Shown: positions 34,295 to 50,327 of the stretch, piece by piece
Numbering within the stretch: position 1 is the first letter of the stretch
Layout: each line of letters starts with the position of its first letter
From: Balanoglossus misakiensis
Taxonomy: Eukaryota; Animalia; Hemichordata
Length of the DNA stretch: 64,000 nt
Direction of reading: 5' to 3'
Assembly (NCBI GenBank): GCA_040954595.2
Contig: CM082581.2
Location: forward strand, 5,386,699-5,450,698
Notes under the pieces: model-generated
Database searches by the model: none
The model's input: the letters and a program-made list of their open reading frames with translations, nothing else
What the model was told of the DNA's origin: nothing
Made by a program: the position numbers and the translations under genes

Positions 34295-37200
34295 AGACAA
34301 TGATACCCTCCCTCGTTGTCTCTCCCTCGTTGTCACCTTTTCGAACCACTTTTCTTACAAAAATACTTAGTCACCTTTTATGGAGTTGAAAAGAACGCAG
34401 GTGCATCGTCCTGCTCTCCAGGTTTAGTACGTCCGTAGTATAATGGAAGCCAATACTATAGTTATTGTATGCATGTTTCGTCTCTTGAAATGTATTAAAA
34501 CTGCCCTTTTTAGTTGCTTTCATTTGATAACTATGCGATCGTCAATAAATGGAAATTAAACCCAAATACGTGTACCAAAAAACGTGCAGGAAGGATTTAA
34601 AACGGTACGTTTATTATTATCAGCGGCAGTTAGAACAACTTTGTATAGGCCTTACGGTTTGTTCATAAACGTCGACATGCATGGCATCATGGACATTGCA
34701 GGGTCTATGTCTGCACGCATCGACAAATACAATACACGAAGAGCATTGCCTTTGAAAGAAACTTATCCCCGTCGATTTTCCGAATATGTTTTTAAAATCA
34801 TGAACTTGACATTTCGCCATGTCAGATCCGCGCAAAATGTGTCTGTTTATTGGAAATGACACGTCGAACGTGTAAGTTGCTGACGTCACTGTAGTATTTT
34901 CAACGCGCGTCTTCTGCTTGCGCAGGAAGTGAAAGTGAATTAACCCATCGGAACGTTGCCGTTTTTGACACCCGGTTTGTACTTTGAAGCCCAAAATTGA
35001 GGGTGTCGTTCCTCTTTAAATTTGCATACTCAGATTTATGTGAATGATTATGATTAAATTACCCAAATTTATCACAATACAACCGAGGAGAACACTGCAA
35101 AGTGAGAATCTAGCCCACGATGGAGAATGCCCAAGTAACCAATGCTGGAAAATGTTTTTTGCGTGTGTTGAGTCACTTGGTGGTTGGCTCGCCACTCTCA
35201 CCCTCCCAAACAGGCTGTCCCCACCACAGAATGGCAGAGTCCAAGAAGCCCTCCGCTGCCTGCCACATATTAAATTCAAATGATCCGGTAAAGGCTATGA
35301 TTGCATGTTTTCCAGCCTCTGCTATTGGGGCAGGGGTCATCTGAACTGCACCAGTGACTTTTCTGTTCATAATTACACATGGTACTGTCTTTAATACTAG
35401 CCCTAACAGTCATACCATACGAGTATGGCGATAGTGTCAATCCGGAAGTCTCGCCATACCTCTATGGCCTACGCTTGCCTGCGCTTCACACAACAGCGGT
35501 CACTCACCTTGAACATTCAATTATTACGTGGTGTCCCCGGACCAATAGACAAATGTGGGTAATTTCCAGGCCCTACGAAAATGAGAATACGCTCTGCATA
35601 CTCTGGTGCTCGTTCCTGTAGGTGGCGACTTCAAAATGCAGTTTGCGTGACCCGGTGTGCCAGGGTGCGTGCATCGAACGACGCGTATGAATTCAGACAC
35701 AACGCGACGCGTCCATGAACTTTGACCTGGTTGATAGAGGGGTAGCCATATTTGATATTTGAGGGTGCACGTGGCGTAAAAAATAATGCTATTTTAAATC
35801 TATCATGATTCGGCTGACCCGTACAGTGAATATTAGAAATATACTTGGGCAGCTATATTGCAAGGAATGCCACATTTTTTTTTGATAAACACCAAATTAG
35901 TCGATGTAGGATAGTGCCAATAATAGCTTCAGCAATTTGTTAGTACTTTAGTGGTATCGGTGATTAAGCACTTACGCCGGGAAGAAAAGTAGTCCCAAGT
36001 ACTTTCCGTGTGCCCCCCAGACTGATGTCTGGCGATAGGCCGATAGTTGTGAACTCAAGGAAGCTTGGCATGCATCACAAGTCCCCTAATAAACGTGACG
36101 GTATTACCTGAAGCGAATACATCAGCAATTTCCTCCGAGTGAACTAAAATGGTACAAAATAAACACGAGAAGTGATTAGTACTGTCGCTGTTCAAAAGAT
36201 TGGAAGACCCCTCGGACCTTTCAGAGTGTTTTATTGGTCTCTTTTTGATAAACAAAGACAATTTCCTTGCGTGCGAGTTGACGTAATTTGACGAACAACG
36301 ATACCAGAAGTAACCTTTGTCGGATTAAGAGTGAACACGCCTTCCTAATTGGAAGACGCGGATTTTATTTCCGCGAGCGCTTTGTGTTGTTTTATTGCAG
36401 GACACTTAATCTTGGTCCGCGGTGTCGAAGATTAAATTATTTATTTCAAAGGGAAATGCACGGTTCAGTGTGACAGTATCCAAGCTGTGAGACACTCAGG
36501 TTAAACGTTGCGTGCATCTTTGCTCACGCTGTCTATGACTAATAACACTGGGCGCACATTTTCCGTAGAATCGAATCAGTTGGTAACACATGCACTTCGA
36601 AAACACATATATTTTAACGTTTTTCCCATATCTGATACGGCATTTTGTGTTTCCATATAAGAAAAAGTAATTCATTGGTGAATGTTCGGAGGTCGATCTG
36701 TTTGAGGTGCCCGCCGGTCTCAATTATTGATTGTATTTGCTTCGGGCTACACGCTTAGCAATCCACTTTAGACTACTAACCTTTTTCTGACGTGCGCCCG
36801 TCTTCGTATTTCCTGTCGTTTCCGGTCATTTAATTGTATCTTCATATTTCTTAATATTGTTGGTTCACATTCTATCACGTGACATCATATTCAGACTATG
36901 CCAAACCATGAGGAATTGGTTATACATGTTCACCTGTATATAACCCAGGCATGTTTACCGGTAATAGTGACTACTGTTAATCGCGGGCCCGGCCCAACTC
37001 CCTCATTCTGTACGAAGTAAAATACAGCAGAGTGTAAAATATAATACCAAAATAACTGTGATGCTTTCATTTGGTTACCGATCTTTCGTGAATTTGGAGG
37101 CTATTATCCTTCGTGTGTTGTACACACCTGTGATTGAAGTGGTGTACAGCTACTTGGGCAGGTAAGAAACTCTGCCAAACATGCTTCCCCTCATCTTACA

Positions 37201-40200
37201 TCTTGAATGGCACCTCTGCCACCTATAAGTGATATGCGTGTGACGTCAAGTGATATTTTATCTCGACTTTCGATTGTTTTGTGCTGTGAACTCAGGTGCG
37301 CTGCTCGCTAATGAAGACCCTGGTGGAATAGGCTACCTGGAATGTCGGATTATTGAAGGCTTGGGTCTGTTTGAACTCCGATTGTCCATCGCGCCACGTT
37401 GTCCACGAAGCGGACTTTAGCGATTGACACAGACTTCGCCAGTCTTGCGTCTCAGTTGACCCTGTCGCTGACAATGTATAAATCATTACGTTTGCCAAGC
37501 GCCTGAGGTGTGTGCATCATCCACGGTTGAGTTGCTGCATGTGAGCCCTCTAACACACTTACGAATATTTCGAGTTGAACCTTATCGATATTTAGCGTCT
37601 TATACGGTATAGTATACGGGCAAATGGTCTGCCCTGCGATTGTTGTCGCAATAGGGGACAATTATTGATATTCGTTGTGTTTTTGGCGAACACACGTACA
37701 GCAAATCCACCGGACAGGTAAATGTTATTTCTTGTTCATTTTCATTCAAGCATTTTCTGTGTTATTCGCTTTATATTCAATCCTACGTAATAGAAGTCTC
37801 TCGCTTCAATTCATGAAAACCTGCTGTGTTCTGTCACTTGAAAGCAATGCGTTTTGGTACACAGCGGTCGTTGGAAAATATTAAAGCAGCGCTCGTATAT
37901 GGTGATGGTGTTAACCATTTCGTTCCATTTTGTAAATTTACTCTCATCGGCAAGGAATATTGCATTGCTTCCTTAGCGGGGGTGCAATGCTTCCGACCGG
38001 ATGACGCAACCCTTTTAACTGAAGTGAACGCTTACACACGTGATTCGGGTTTTGAGCGACAAAGCTCCGATAACCGTGTTTGCGATTGGTGATATTGGCA
38101 GTGGACTGAACTAGTCTAGTCAATTTATGTCCGAAAGTTGTCTCTGTCTGAAAATCGGAACCGCATTGAGTATAAGACCGACCGTGACCACTCAACCTTT
38201 GGAAACGAACGTGACGTTAACGCTCTACTAGACCGAACATGGCAACTGCACAAGCGTGGAAACAAACGAATGAAGTCTTAGGTGACAAAAAGTACAGTGT
38301 TGCCATAATTGGGGACGAACTTCAGACTTACAAGTCTACCGTAATTATCTTTGAGTGAGTGAAAATAATGTACTTCGCGAGTGCTGGTTTCGTCTTTTCT
38401 TTCGGTATTCGAGCGTTACAAACGACGGATTCGAGAACAAACCGACAACGTGACTTGAATAATGACCGTTCGGCAAGGGATGGGAAATGATATAATTGTC
38501 GCGTATAAATCATTCTATTGCCGCTGTTAACGTCTTTCCGTGTGTGTTAAGCTCAGCTTATCGGTATCTTGGAAACCATGTAATTGCATTACCGGGAATA
38601 AATTGCCTGCGACAGGTTCCTAGCGAGATACATTTCGTGACTGCAAATTGGATGTTGTTCAAAATACAAACATACATGATGAGAGACCGGGTAATTGCGC
38701 GTGTCCCATGCAGACAGGGAGTCAGATAATGGCATGACATCATTATGATCGTCGAAAATTATGACTGATTACTTCCATGACATTTAAATTGGAACATTAC
38801 ATCATTACAGTCATATAATAGGTCTTGCCTTCGGGATAAATGGGTACTACGAGCGGATGGTCGAATGGGTCTCTTCCCATTACATGGAACGTTGCTGGAA
38901 ACCCACTTTTACTAATTGTCAGTTTTATGCATAACTGAGACAAACAAAACAAAATTTAAATTCAGTGTGGCCGAATAATTTTGAGATAAATGTTGTTGAA
39001 TATGTTCACTCATACTAGTAGCCAAACCATTAGTGCAACAATCCTGACTCAGCAATGTTTCTTCATTATCGGTTAAATAGTCACGGCCCTGTATTTCAAA
39101 AATTATCACGACGACCCCCTATGTTTCATGACGGATTTTCATTATACATACAAAGGAGAATCCAAAAATCCACAATTAAAAGAGATGGCTGTATTTTCAA
39201 TTTTACCAATACGTGCCTCCTAAAAGAAATAAGGCTGTTTGGAAATTGGGTATATTAATGTCAGTTCTAAGAAAGCGAGGGTGGTTGCCATCCCCCCCGC
39301 AACGAAAATGGTTCGTCCGTGAAGCAATCATTCAAATCACGACACTTCCTCCGCGGTTGCTTGACTTCACTCTCTTATACAAGAGTACCTTCTGCCTTCA
39401 GGGTGCACATCAATTATCCAATATTAATTTTTAATTAGTCATGGGACTTAGTCACTCTTATTCGTCGTACACGGTGTGAATACGTACATTTCTAATTTAC
39501 ACTTCTAGTGTTGCAATTTAAAACTGTCACTTGGATCGAATTTTCTATTACAGTCCTTTGCCGCACTATTAAAGGCAGGCGACCAGTAAAAGCGCCCAAC
39601 ATTAAATGTACAATACGTTTACACAATTAAGATTTGTTGGCTGTGACAACTTCATCACGTATTTCCGCAGCCTGACATTATTGACACTGTGTACTTAGTT
39701 TGATTATGGAAATTCACAAAAAATATTTTACAAAGGGATGTCTTGGTACTTTGTACAGTTCTAGACCAGATTCCTACTTTTCACAAAATAACTTGAATAC
39801 GGGGCATCTTTTATATGAGCATCTAATCCTTTGTCCTCAGTTTCCATGGCTACAAACAACCACTATTCCCCACACTGTAATTTGAATTTTCGTGGTTGAC
39901 AATCGAGTTCAAGTGTGATTGTGAAATTGAAAACCTCTGTCGCCATAATTTCATGTTATAGCAACTATATAATGTCATTGTTACTGTATAATTATTAAAT
40001 TAAACACTAAAACATTATACCACTTTTTATTGGTAAAGCAATAATTCTCTTTTGATGCCCTTGGAAGTTGTCTCAAATTTGATATGCGTCTAGAGTTACG
40101 ACGTTGGCCCACTACAAGTAAATTTATACCGGACCAGTTTTAGAAGACACAAATAGAAGTTTATTTATACATGTACAAAAAAGCCTAACAGCGCAGGCTT

Positions 40201-43200
40201 AAGTTGATTCGGAGGCCAAGTGATGGTCGTCTGCTCTGCCCATGAACACAAAAAGCTATAATTAATTTATAGTCACCCATTTCCCGTTGGGATATAATTA
40301 CATTGGAAATGTAATACATGATCTTAGGCAGACTTTCACGTTTTTTTATTTCATCTCTCTTAAAATAGCGAACTATTCAAGTTTAATATGCTCTGCTCTT
40401 TTAGAATGGCCACGCTGCAAAGAAAGAAAGAAGCGTTGGCAGTCTGTATTGACATTATATCGATATAAACACTCTCAGACTGGTTGTACGAATAACACCT
40501 ACATGTGACGAATTGGAGATTCTTTGGCTGTAGTTTGGTGTATGCGCTAGACGAAGACTAATTTTGTCCCGGTGTGTTTAATATGCTCGTCAGTCAACCC
40601 TCTTTTGATCGGTAAGGGAGAGCCACTATATGAACAGACCGAAAAAGGCTTGAGAAGTCAAGATGGGTTAAACGAAAATAATATACGAGTTGGCGGGAAC
40701 ATGGAAGTGGTTCCCATCGGGGCACGGATATTTTTGTAGCAGATTAGTTCATGCATGTTGATTTACGGCACGAAATCTGTGTCAGTGGTTCATGAACACG
40801 TGTCAAAGCGGCTTTGGATCAGACCGGGGAAAGTCGACCAGTCTCTGTACATCAACATCAATATACTAGTAAACACAGGTACTCATTTCTGAGCAGAGAT
40901 TCGGCTGGTTAATATTTAATTTGCTGCCGTGCTAGACTGAATCTTCGAATGTTACCGCATTTGGTCCTATCCTTTCCCTGGCGTTTTCGAATTTGTCAAA
41001 CCATCTTGACATTTTGAAAGACAGTGATTTTATGCATATTACATGTACTTCACAGCAATCAGATTTAAATTTTAATAAAATGTAAAGTATGGATGCAACT
41101 ACCAATTGCTACATTGTACGTGCGAATTCACACGTTAAATTCGGAAAAAATGACTTTACGCGAGATGTCTATAGATAAGATTGATGAATATTTAATGATA
41201 GTACATGTACATGTATATCTTGACACGCGCCCTCATTCGGCAGTCGATAAATTTAATCAATGACAGTGATGATCCTGCCAACATAGACCCCGCCAACCGA
41301 TTTTAGCGGACAGTCAAAACAAATTCGGCGCTAGTGTTCTATTCCACATATGCATATATAACGAAATAATAGATAGGATCGTATACCAGTCAGAACTGGC
41401 AAGCGAGACAAAACAGTACTGACTTGTCCGACCATGCGTACATACATTGGCGTTTAAGGCCTATAAAATCAAACTCCATGTAGACGGATATGAGTTTAAA
41501 ATTGAACACATATACTAGTAATGTTAAGGTAGAAATACAACCTCACATTAAGTGCCTCTGTTTGACTGCAGGACATACATCTGGACTAGAGTTAATGAAA
41601 TTGTGTAACATGGTATTTATTATTGACCTGTGTAGGATTAGTTGAGCGTTCCGTCTGGTGTCAAAGATCACCCAGGCAAGCGGCGGGATCTAAATAATGC
41701 ATGCACAGGTCACGAGTTGTAATTACTCAGCAATATCCCGATTCACAATTCAAGTATTTACGGTTGCTGGCTATTTACATTGAAACAGTGTGCTCACGCA
41801 ATCCTGGAAATGAGAAATTTATATAATTGAATCAGGGGGGTCTCCTAGCGATTGTGTAATTCGGTTTTTCAACGGCGAGAAGCGACTGGAATTTCCGTTC
41901 TTGAAAAAAAACCCGGTTCTAAATTCACAAGTCTCTCATCGTGTGGAGTTCTGAGATTCTCGTCGCATTACTTATAAAAGCCACCCACCCATTCGGATTG
42001 TATTTATTAACAAATCGAGTATGTATCTCCCGTTGCATAGCACCGTGTCACACTGTGTGATGGCGTGCAGCCAAGCAGCAGACTACATCTGTTGCATCAT
42101 TTGAACGGCTTTCCGGCACACTTTGTTTCTTGGCACGGAAAGTTGATACGGGACGAATCAGCGTGGAAATACCAGCTGTGAAGACAGGATGCTTTGCATT
42201 AATAATGAAACAGCTCTGGCATGGTTCGATGAACGATCGACAAAGAAATTAAGTCACAGGGATCTAAAAAAAATACACCACTTTCAGAGAGACAAAATCT
42301 AGACTTTTGAAATCAGCCCATTGTCATTTCAAATATTTCATTTGCTGGAAAGAAAGACATGTTGTCCACCAAGATATTATGGCAACCACGGTGGATGGTA
42401 GTCCTAGATCAGATTCCCCCTATTACACACAAACAGATTTCTTTGGAGTCTGGCGCGCGATTTTCAAATGTGGACAAGTGTCTTCGAGCGGGGTAAATAA
42501 TAATGCCATATAGGTCCGTGATTGCGACTCTTAAGGGAAGCAAGCTGTTAATTGAACAACTTCCCTGTATAGATGATACCCGAGTGCCTCCGAGATATAT
42601 ATACCCTGAGAACTGGTTTGGGATTTTAAAACCCTTTTTCTGAGTTTGTATTTATTAAGATTACCGCTGTTCGGATTAACACACTCTCATCAAAAGAAAA
42701 CATGTCTCTGTAGCCTCAGGGTATACATGTATACAGCCAGGTGCATTGTTCCAAAGTATATCGCATCATCCCAGTAGAGCGAGGACCCAATCACATAAGC
42801 TCTAAGCATATTCTTACTAATATCCTCTTTTGTAACGGTGAATGTGTATTACATTTGGATTGCACGAACTACACCGACCGTAAATACAATCGCAAGGTAA
42901 AACAGATTATACCGATGGCGATATGGGGACTGTTACGGGTTGTGTCGGTGATATCTTTGGGATTTTAGAGTCAACAATTCTAGTACAGCGTACATGTACA
43001 TGTACACCAGTGCAATTCTCAAGAGCAAAGAATGACCGCTTTTCTATAGGGAAAGTGTTATTCTTCGGTGCTCTTTGTCTTGACTAAGTGTGTATTAAAT
43101 ATGACAAATCACAGACAGTATTTCAGGTGAAGCTTCGGACAAACCTACAATTGTCCACGTGACAATCGATTGGGGGTAATTCGCAACCACAGCTTCGCCC

Positions 43201-46200
43201 GAATCTTTGGGTCTGAGTAAGAAAGGGACTCGATGTTGACACAAATCCATTTCCATTTAAACATCCATCCAAGTCACAAATGGGGAACACGTGTGAAAAA
43301 ATAACAGATGTACACCGTCCACTTTTGTTGTTGTTTTTGCACGCTCGCTGAGAAATACATGCACAATGGCTGGTTGGGTCAGTGTCTTTAAGTCTACAGC
43401 TGAGTCTATCATAATGTTACAACGGTCAAATAGGACGTCATATTTGTCCGCGGGTACAGATTTTTCCCCAGGATTAATTTCTTTAGACTTTCTAAATAAC
43501 GCTATTGAATATGCGACAAAGCTTTCACGCACGGGTTTTCGTGGACATTGCCATTCCAAACTACGATTTCACACGGAGATTGTTGCGTAACTTGGTAATT
43601 ATAGGCGGTTCGACTCGCAATAAGTTCCGAGCGTCAGACGTCTAACAATTGTCAGTGAGGTATGGATCAGTACCGTACGTGATACGTTTGTATACTGTAA
43701 TTGATGTATAACTGCCTTCAGATCCAGAACCATTCAGCAAAATTGATCAGGCATGTCAATTTCGAATGCTACCGTAAAGCGATTTTGTAACCATTAACCG
43801 AACGACCTTGTTCGTGTGTGCCGCTGCAAATCTCCGTGACAATGAATCTGCTTTGTTTCCTAATCAGGCATTATTCATTTGAATTGAAAGTCTGATCCCT
43901 GTGGCTTATCGTTGCTTTGATTTGCTTTTGTGGGTGACAGACTGATACCAATATACATGTAGAACCCGACACATGTAATGCCTTTAGTTCGTGTGCATCG
44001 GTGAGGTTTAAGTACTGAAAGGTGGAAAGAAAACTCCGAACTTGCTTTGAGGCAAAAGTAAGCGGCGTTAAGCTACATGACCATCACCGTCCGAATCGTA
44101 CGGCATTTTGCAGGTATGTCCTAGTACCTCCATGGTATGTCAGACATTTTGAAATGGGCAGGGCGGGTTGTCATGGCGCTGTGCTGGTCACGCGACAATT
44201 TTGGGCCAAATTTCACATTGGTGCTCACACTTATTATAGGGATCACGTTCTGGGGGAGAAAAGTGACCGACTATCAATGATTTCGTTTAAGGCTTTGCCC
44301 TTTAAATTGCGATTTTGGCAAATTTCACTTTTTAAGTTAAAGAGCTTTAGGCCTACATGTACATCTCATGCTGGAGCACGTCTTGTTTGGTTGAAAACGC
44401 GACCCACCTTCAAAATCCATATTTTAGTGATTAAAATGTGTTCACAAGTACTAGTATGTTGACATACTGAAAAAATGTGTTTTAATTGACCAGATTTGGT
44501 AAAGCGGCACTTTAGTTATCGGCCATGACTGTGACACTGTAGGACACATGTATGCAATGAGCGCTAGACATGACCATATCGTCATACCAACGATCCCAGC
44601 ATTACTGAACAAATAAAACTAACTGTTTGCAGTAACTTGTTTCGGGAATACGATCTCCCTGTTCAAATGCTGTATCGCGACTATAACTTGCTGACCTGTA
44701 CGTGGTCGTGTGAAGCCCTTATTAATTAGCCCTGCTAATGGCTTGTCGACGCATGTCTCGGAAAACAACTAATAGCGCAGGCATGCGCCATACCATATCA
44801 TGCCATACCACACAATCCTGAGCACATATTTATAAACAGTCAGAGACCTGGGCCCAGCTGGTGCGAATGCCTGTATGATCAATTGATGGAATCACGCGTT
44901 TTGGTGGTGTTGTGAATCCCAGCCTGTTCACTGTAAACTTACATGTTCTTATGTTAGTGTGACATCACTTCAGATTTACACTTTCAAATCTGGTTGATTG
45001 AAACTTGTGTTTTCGAAACCCGTCCCTCTTAATGCACACCTAAGTGTGTGCTAGCTGACAATTCTTGGCGAGTATATAATCTTTCGTCTACTGCATGTAC
45101 CAGCCCGACGCACGTTGCTATTCACACGAGTTACTTCAACGTTATATTGAGTACATTTATCAATTACGCGTATTCCAATTGAGACGAAACAAAAAATTAC
45201 TGGCTGTCTACACGTATGCATGCTGTGTTGAAACATGGTCCGCAGAAGTGAGTTTCAGATTAACTTTACCCATGGTTGTGTCGACTGCATCCAAATGGCC
45301 CACACACCTCTGGTCGAATAGCGATTCGTCATCATAAGCCTGACCCAAACGATCTTAGATGGAGGGTGGAAAATTCAATTTACCCGTACATATGTAGGAA
45401 GTGCCCGGCAATCGGTTTGATTTAACCAGTCACGTCATCATAAAACACAATTACGGTGAATCACATTTACTAAATTGAAGAGGTTACACACAAAATCTGA
45501 AATAATCACTTTAAAAAATCACTTCTTCAGACGTGACTTTGTTGATCTCAAATTCTGCCTGTATACTTGATGAAGGCCCGATGTAAGTTTTAAAATAACG
45601 GTTCCGACCTAATGCATTTCAATTACACTCCAGTTTCCACATCGTGCTCATGCGTACTCGTATCTTACAGACTTTGCAGCTGCCCATAGTAATTAAGCAG
45701 AGAACTTTATTTTGCGGATGATTAAATACTACAGCAGGTAGTAATTTTAATTGCTGAGTGAAATATCTTAATTTATCTTGGGCATTCTGATACGCCTTCT
45801 GCATGTCAATGTGCAGAATTGTGCCATCAATAGACGCGTGTACAGCGTTAATAGACACCTTGTCAAAGCTGTCAAATTTTGCATCATAATCGTATTGATT
45901 TAATATCCCTTGAATCCCTTTGGAGCTGTTATTCACAGCTTGAAACATGATGGCACGCCAAGTATTGAGTCTGTAAACATAGTTATGTGGGGCATTGTTA
46001 GAAGAATTCCAACTTAAAAACATTTGTCAACGATAACAATTCACATTACTCACATTCAGCTTGTGCGTTGATTGGCCCAATACAGATTATTCCAACAGAC
46101 CATTTCTAAGTACCCAGAGGAGAAAAAGTTAAATGCGAGTCATACTCCAACTTTGTCTTTATTCCAAGCTTGTGGCCTTTGTTCATACTTTTGTCAGTGA

Positions 46201-49200
46201 TGACCGTCTACAGGAGAGACCATGCTTCACGCAAATTCACTCACCATTACTAGTAAACGACCATGAAAACATAACGGATAATTAATCAGTTTATTTGCCA
46301 AAGGAGCTATCTTGATGTCAATCTTTTATGTATAACCCTGTGTGTCTATAGTACCAACTTACCTTGTCAGAGCCGATGATTGTTTTCCTTTGTGAAAAAT
46401 AGTCAATATAGAGGTCATTCAAGCCTACCACGAGAACGTGGCTGGCGAAATAAGGGACACAATCAGCAAAACTGTTCTGAGGTATTTCAATTTCGTTGAT
46501 AACAGACGCACCACAAATTGGGTAGTCGGTCTGGTGGTCTCAACCCTATGAAAGTCCGCCAGGCCTGGTTTTGATTAGTGAACAAGTACTCAATCCAACT
46601 CGTATTTCTGTTAAGTTAATTTGCCCACAATGAGATCGCTTTAAAAGCCATAGCGGTCTCTCTGTGTTCTGTGTGTCTGGGCGCTGTGATCAACGCTCAG
46701 CTCTTCGGTGTAAAATTGACGAGCTGCCACGGGTCATAATGATTCCCGTCACACTTGCCCGGTCGAACGTTTTTACTAGCAAATGAAGTTGGTCGTTACC
46801 GTTATATCATTCGTGTAATGTCGGCGAAGTACCGGCAATTATGGCGAATAGGCGAGCACAGAAGACGGTGTTGGATTGTCGTGTTTGAATGCTTCACACT
46901 GACACCCACTGAAAGAGCGTTTACAACTGTACAGAGACTGTGGTGATGTGGCTTGAGATTCTGTGTGTCTCGTTTGGGCGATGAAAGGTCAAATGCAAAC
47001 GTTGTGAAAATAACCAAGGTACGTTTGACCTTAGACACAATAAACCACATATCATTGAACCAATGAAAACTTATATTAGAGTTCACTGAGAAAAATTAAA
47101 ATACGTTATTTCAGGCTCACTAGACATGGCCCTATACGCTTCGTATTAAATATAAGGGAAATTTGGCGAACAAAAGTACTCGAAGAATGTTTTTTTTTTC
47201 AAATTGACTCCAAACAAGATTTTACACACCAGGAAAAGTGGAAGCGTGTAAATGAATTTAATTTCTCGGTTAATTACTGCTTTTGGAACATGTGCAATTG
47301 CAAAAATTCTCGAAGTATGTTTCATTTACATGTTGACATATATATAGCTGTAAATGTTAATTAATATATTGAGACGCAGAATCTTAACATCGTTGTGTAG
47401 TGTCGCCGTAGAAGCCTAAAGTGAAAGTTCGCAACGGGGACTCATCGTTCTCTTTTTATTCCCCGTCGGTTCATAAAATCCCGGAGGTCCTACCATGGAT
47501 GTTTTGGATACTCAAACTAAGATCAGAGGTTCTGTAAACACGTCACACGTGACACATTCGTCACTTGCCGGGTCATTGCCTTGTTTTCGATCGAAGTCTT
47601 AAAGACATGTATTAAGGACATGTCCGAGTTGCATTCATGCCACATTTGTCAATCTGAAGTATTTGTTTGCATTCTCACTTGCTGTCTCCTGTTTATCTCA
47701 CTAAGGCTGTTCTCAGACGGTGCCTTGACGCGATGGGCTTGGAAGTATTATATTGAACAGATAATCCTTTAAATATCGATAACAGTAGTTGGTGGCATTG
47801 GGAATGTTACCCCACCTAAAATGCCGTAGCTTTAACTTATCTGTGTATTGCATTGTCCTTTATTGTCTTTTATTTATTTTGTACTCAAACGTTTGAACGA
47901 CGAAGGCTGAGTGTGTTGATGACTCTGATGAGTATATACTGGGTGAATTTGTCATTGGACTGGTACTTTATACGGAAGCAGTTCGTAGTGACTGATGGCG
48001 GGGTGTCGTCGCTCGACAGCTTGGGCGCATTAACATTCTCGATGCTGAATGTTTTGCATAACGAGGTTCTGTAACAGAGTTCAGTAAATCTGGGATCAAT
48101 GACCGCTTGTCAGGAGATCCCCGAGGTCCGACCCGTCTGTGGAACACACGCGCCTTTCAATTTAATATGAAATGAATATGGCGCCGGAGCAAAATTTCGA
48201 TTGAAACATTACAGAGCCGCTGCCTATCTTTTAAAAACACTTATTTTCAATTAACTTGTCACTTCCCAGAATATTTTGGATATCCTTACTTGATAACCAT
48301 TCCTGTGATCAGTTCGCTTTCTCATTTTATCAAATGTGTGCTTTTCCTAAAATATTGCTCTAACGACAAATAAAAATCGTAACCACAGCCACACGTATTT
48401 TAGCAGGATAAATATCTACAGTTACGTAGAAACAGCGACACGTTTTTATCAATTTTGTACGGTACCTTTTGATGAATTTCTCAAATTACGAGGTAGTTAG
48501 GTATGCAAATGCGACAGACATATCGCACAGTGTGAAATTTGGCAAAAAGATCTCAATTTTAAAGTGCGTTGCTCCCTGCCATACGCACAGTGTGCTGGAA
48601 CAGGTGTAAGCCTTGACCATTGTAATTTGCGAAAACATCAAATAGAGTCTGTCAGTGTGTGGGTCTTGCTATCAATCATTACACTAAACGCCGCGGTCAC
48701 TTCTCGGTAGAGTATCATCAAACGTTACGACACCATTATCCGCGTCACGAACCACCGAGTTCAAAGAATCCGACTATAGGACGGTCACCTGTTTGCGTTT
48801 TTTTTTTTTTTCTGGAGTTGCGGCACCCTGGTGGAAAGTCTACAAAACCGATGCGTTCGTTGGCCAGTGCATTTATTTCGCTGATTTGCCAGGATTTTGG
48901 CCTTAGTGATGGGGCTATCATGTAACATTTCGAGGCGTTAACAGATGAAAAGGAAAATCGTCGACAAAATGCACGCATTAATTGCAATACAATCAAAACC
49001 CTCGTAAGTGTTCTCTCGTGAAACGAACAAGTGCAAAATGCGGTACGTACATGTACGAATGTGCATAAAAAAACCATTTCGTATAACTTTACTGATAACA
49101 ACAGCTCGAAACTTATGGTGTTTAATAATCTCTATGTCTCACGCTGTACATTGTCTAACAAATGGTTTGCATTGCATGACCTGGTTTAATTGTTTAGGAT

Positions 49201-49708
49201 ACGCTCTTAGATCAGTAAGTTATCCAAACGTTCGGAAAATGCCACCGTCCCGTCTCATGGCGGCTAAATGCCCCACATACACTATCGAATACTGACAGTA
49301 AGGAGACACTTAGCGGTAAACGTTGTACTAATGTTTATGTTTGTCTTCTGCCTCATCACGTCTGATTGCTTTGTACCTGAAGGTAACTTCGACAATAAAA
49401 TGTGCCCTACACAAGCTATATAAATACTCCAGATTTCAAAATGACAATTGAAGGACGTGTAAGTGTTTTTGCAGCTGTGATAATAAGTCAGGCTGTGACA
49501 ATCAAATACACGACTCAGTGCCCAATCCGTTGGTGGATACGAATTTTCCTGTTTCAACGGTGACCTTTACGCAAATGTGTCAGTGAAATAAGAAAGAGGT
49601 CATGCTGGAATTCCCATATGATGACCACAAAGGACACCGTGTTACTCATTTCACTAAAATGATTTCTTTTGCATAGAGCCATTAGTCACTGAAACGTGTT
49701 ATCATGTG

Positions 49709-49744
49709 CCCCCACCCCCCCCCCCCCACCCCCACCTCAACCCC
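49709..49744. repeat. Poly-C tract (G-quadruplex / i-motif capable)
   Basis: C5-A-C13-A-C5-acctcaa-C4, about 600 bp upstream of the gene 2 ATG. Confidence 0.8.
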
Positions 49745-50327
49745 ACTGGATCCAGAAAGTTTCGCAGTTAAGTCAGCGGTAATTATTGGCAGTCATCCAG
49801 GTTAATTTAAAACGAGCTCCGCGCTAATTGTTTACAGAATACGTGGCTGTGAATATCAATGATGTAGAACCGGACACACCCCGTGCTTGGAAATAGTCAC
49901 TTCCACGCAGCACACTCACAGTAGGCTGGTTTGCGCATGGGCAGTGTTTTAAGGCAGGGTATCACCCCTAAGTAAGACAGTGGAACAGACGACACCGGCT
50001 GACGGTAATGAGTGCATCTCTGGTGGTTAACGTGAAGGGCATACCCACCAATGGCATGATAATATTGTTCACGTTTTACTTCACCGATTACGTGTTTCGT
50101 CGCCGTGGATAGACCCTTTGCCAGAAGGCCTCTATCTGATATACGTAGCATCCGGGGAAATATTATTATATTTTACTCTCTTTGTTTCGGCAGAGAGTTG
50201 CTGATTATTCCTCCTCGAGTGCGCTATTTGGGATCCACTCTCTGTTGTCTTCCGGCAGCTATCTGTGCGTGGGACCTTCACTGACAAGTAAAGGACGACC
50301 CAATCCATCCATCCCAAAGTCAGCATC

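Noticed and set aside
43585-43625. ggttcgactc, a tRNA T-loop / B-box-like motif
   Set aside because: No cloverleaf, acceptor stem or properly spaced A-box could be built.
44022-46023. Longer intergenic ORFs (146 aa +, 134 aa -)
   Set aside because: No recognisable domain, codon bias or consistent splice context. A relic cannot be excluded without a database search.
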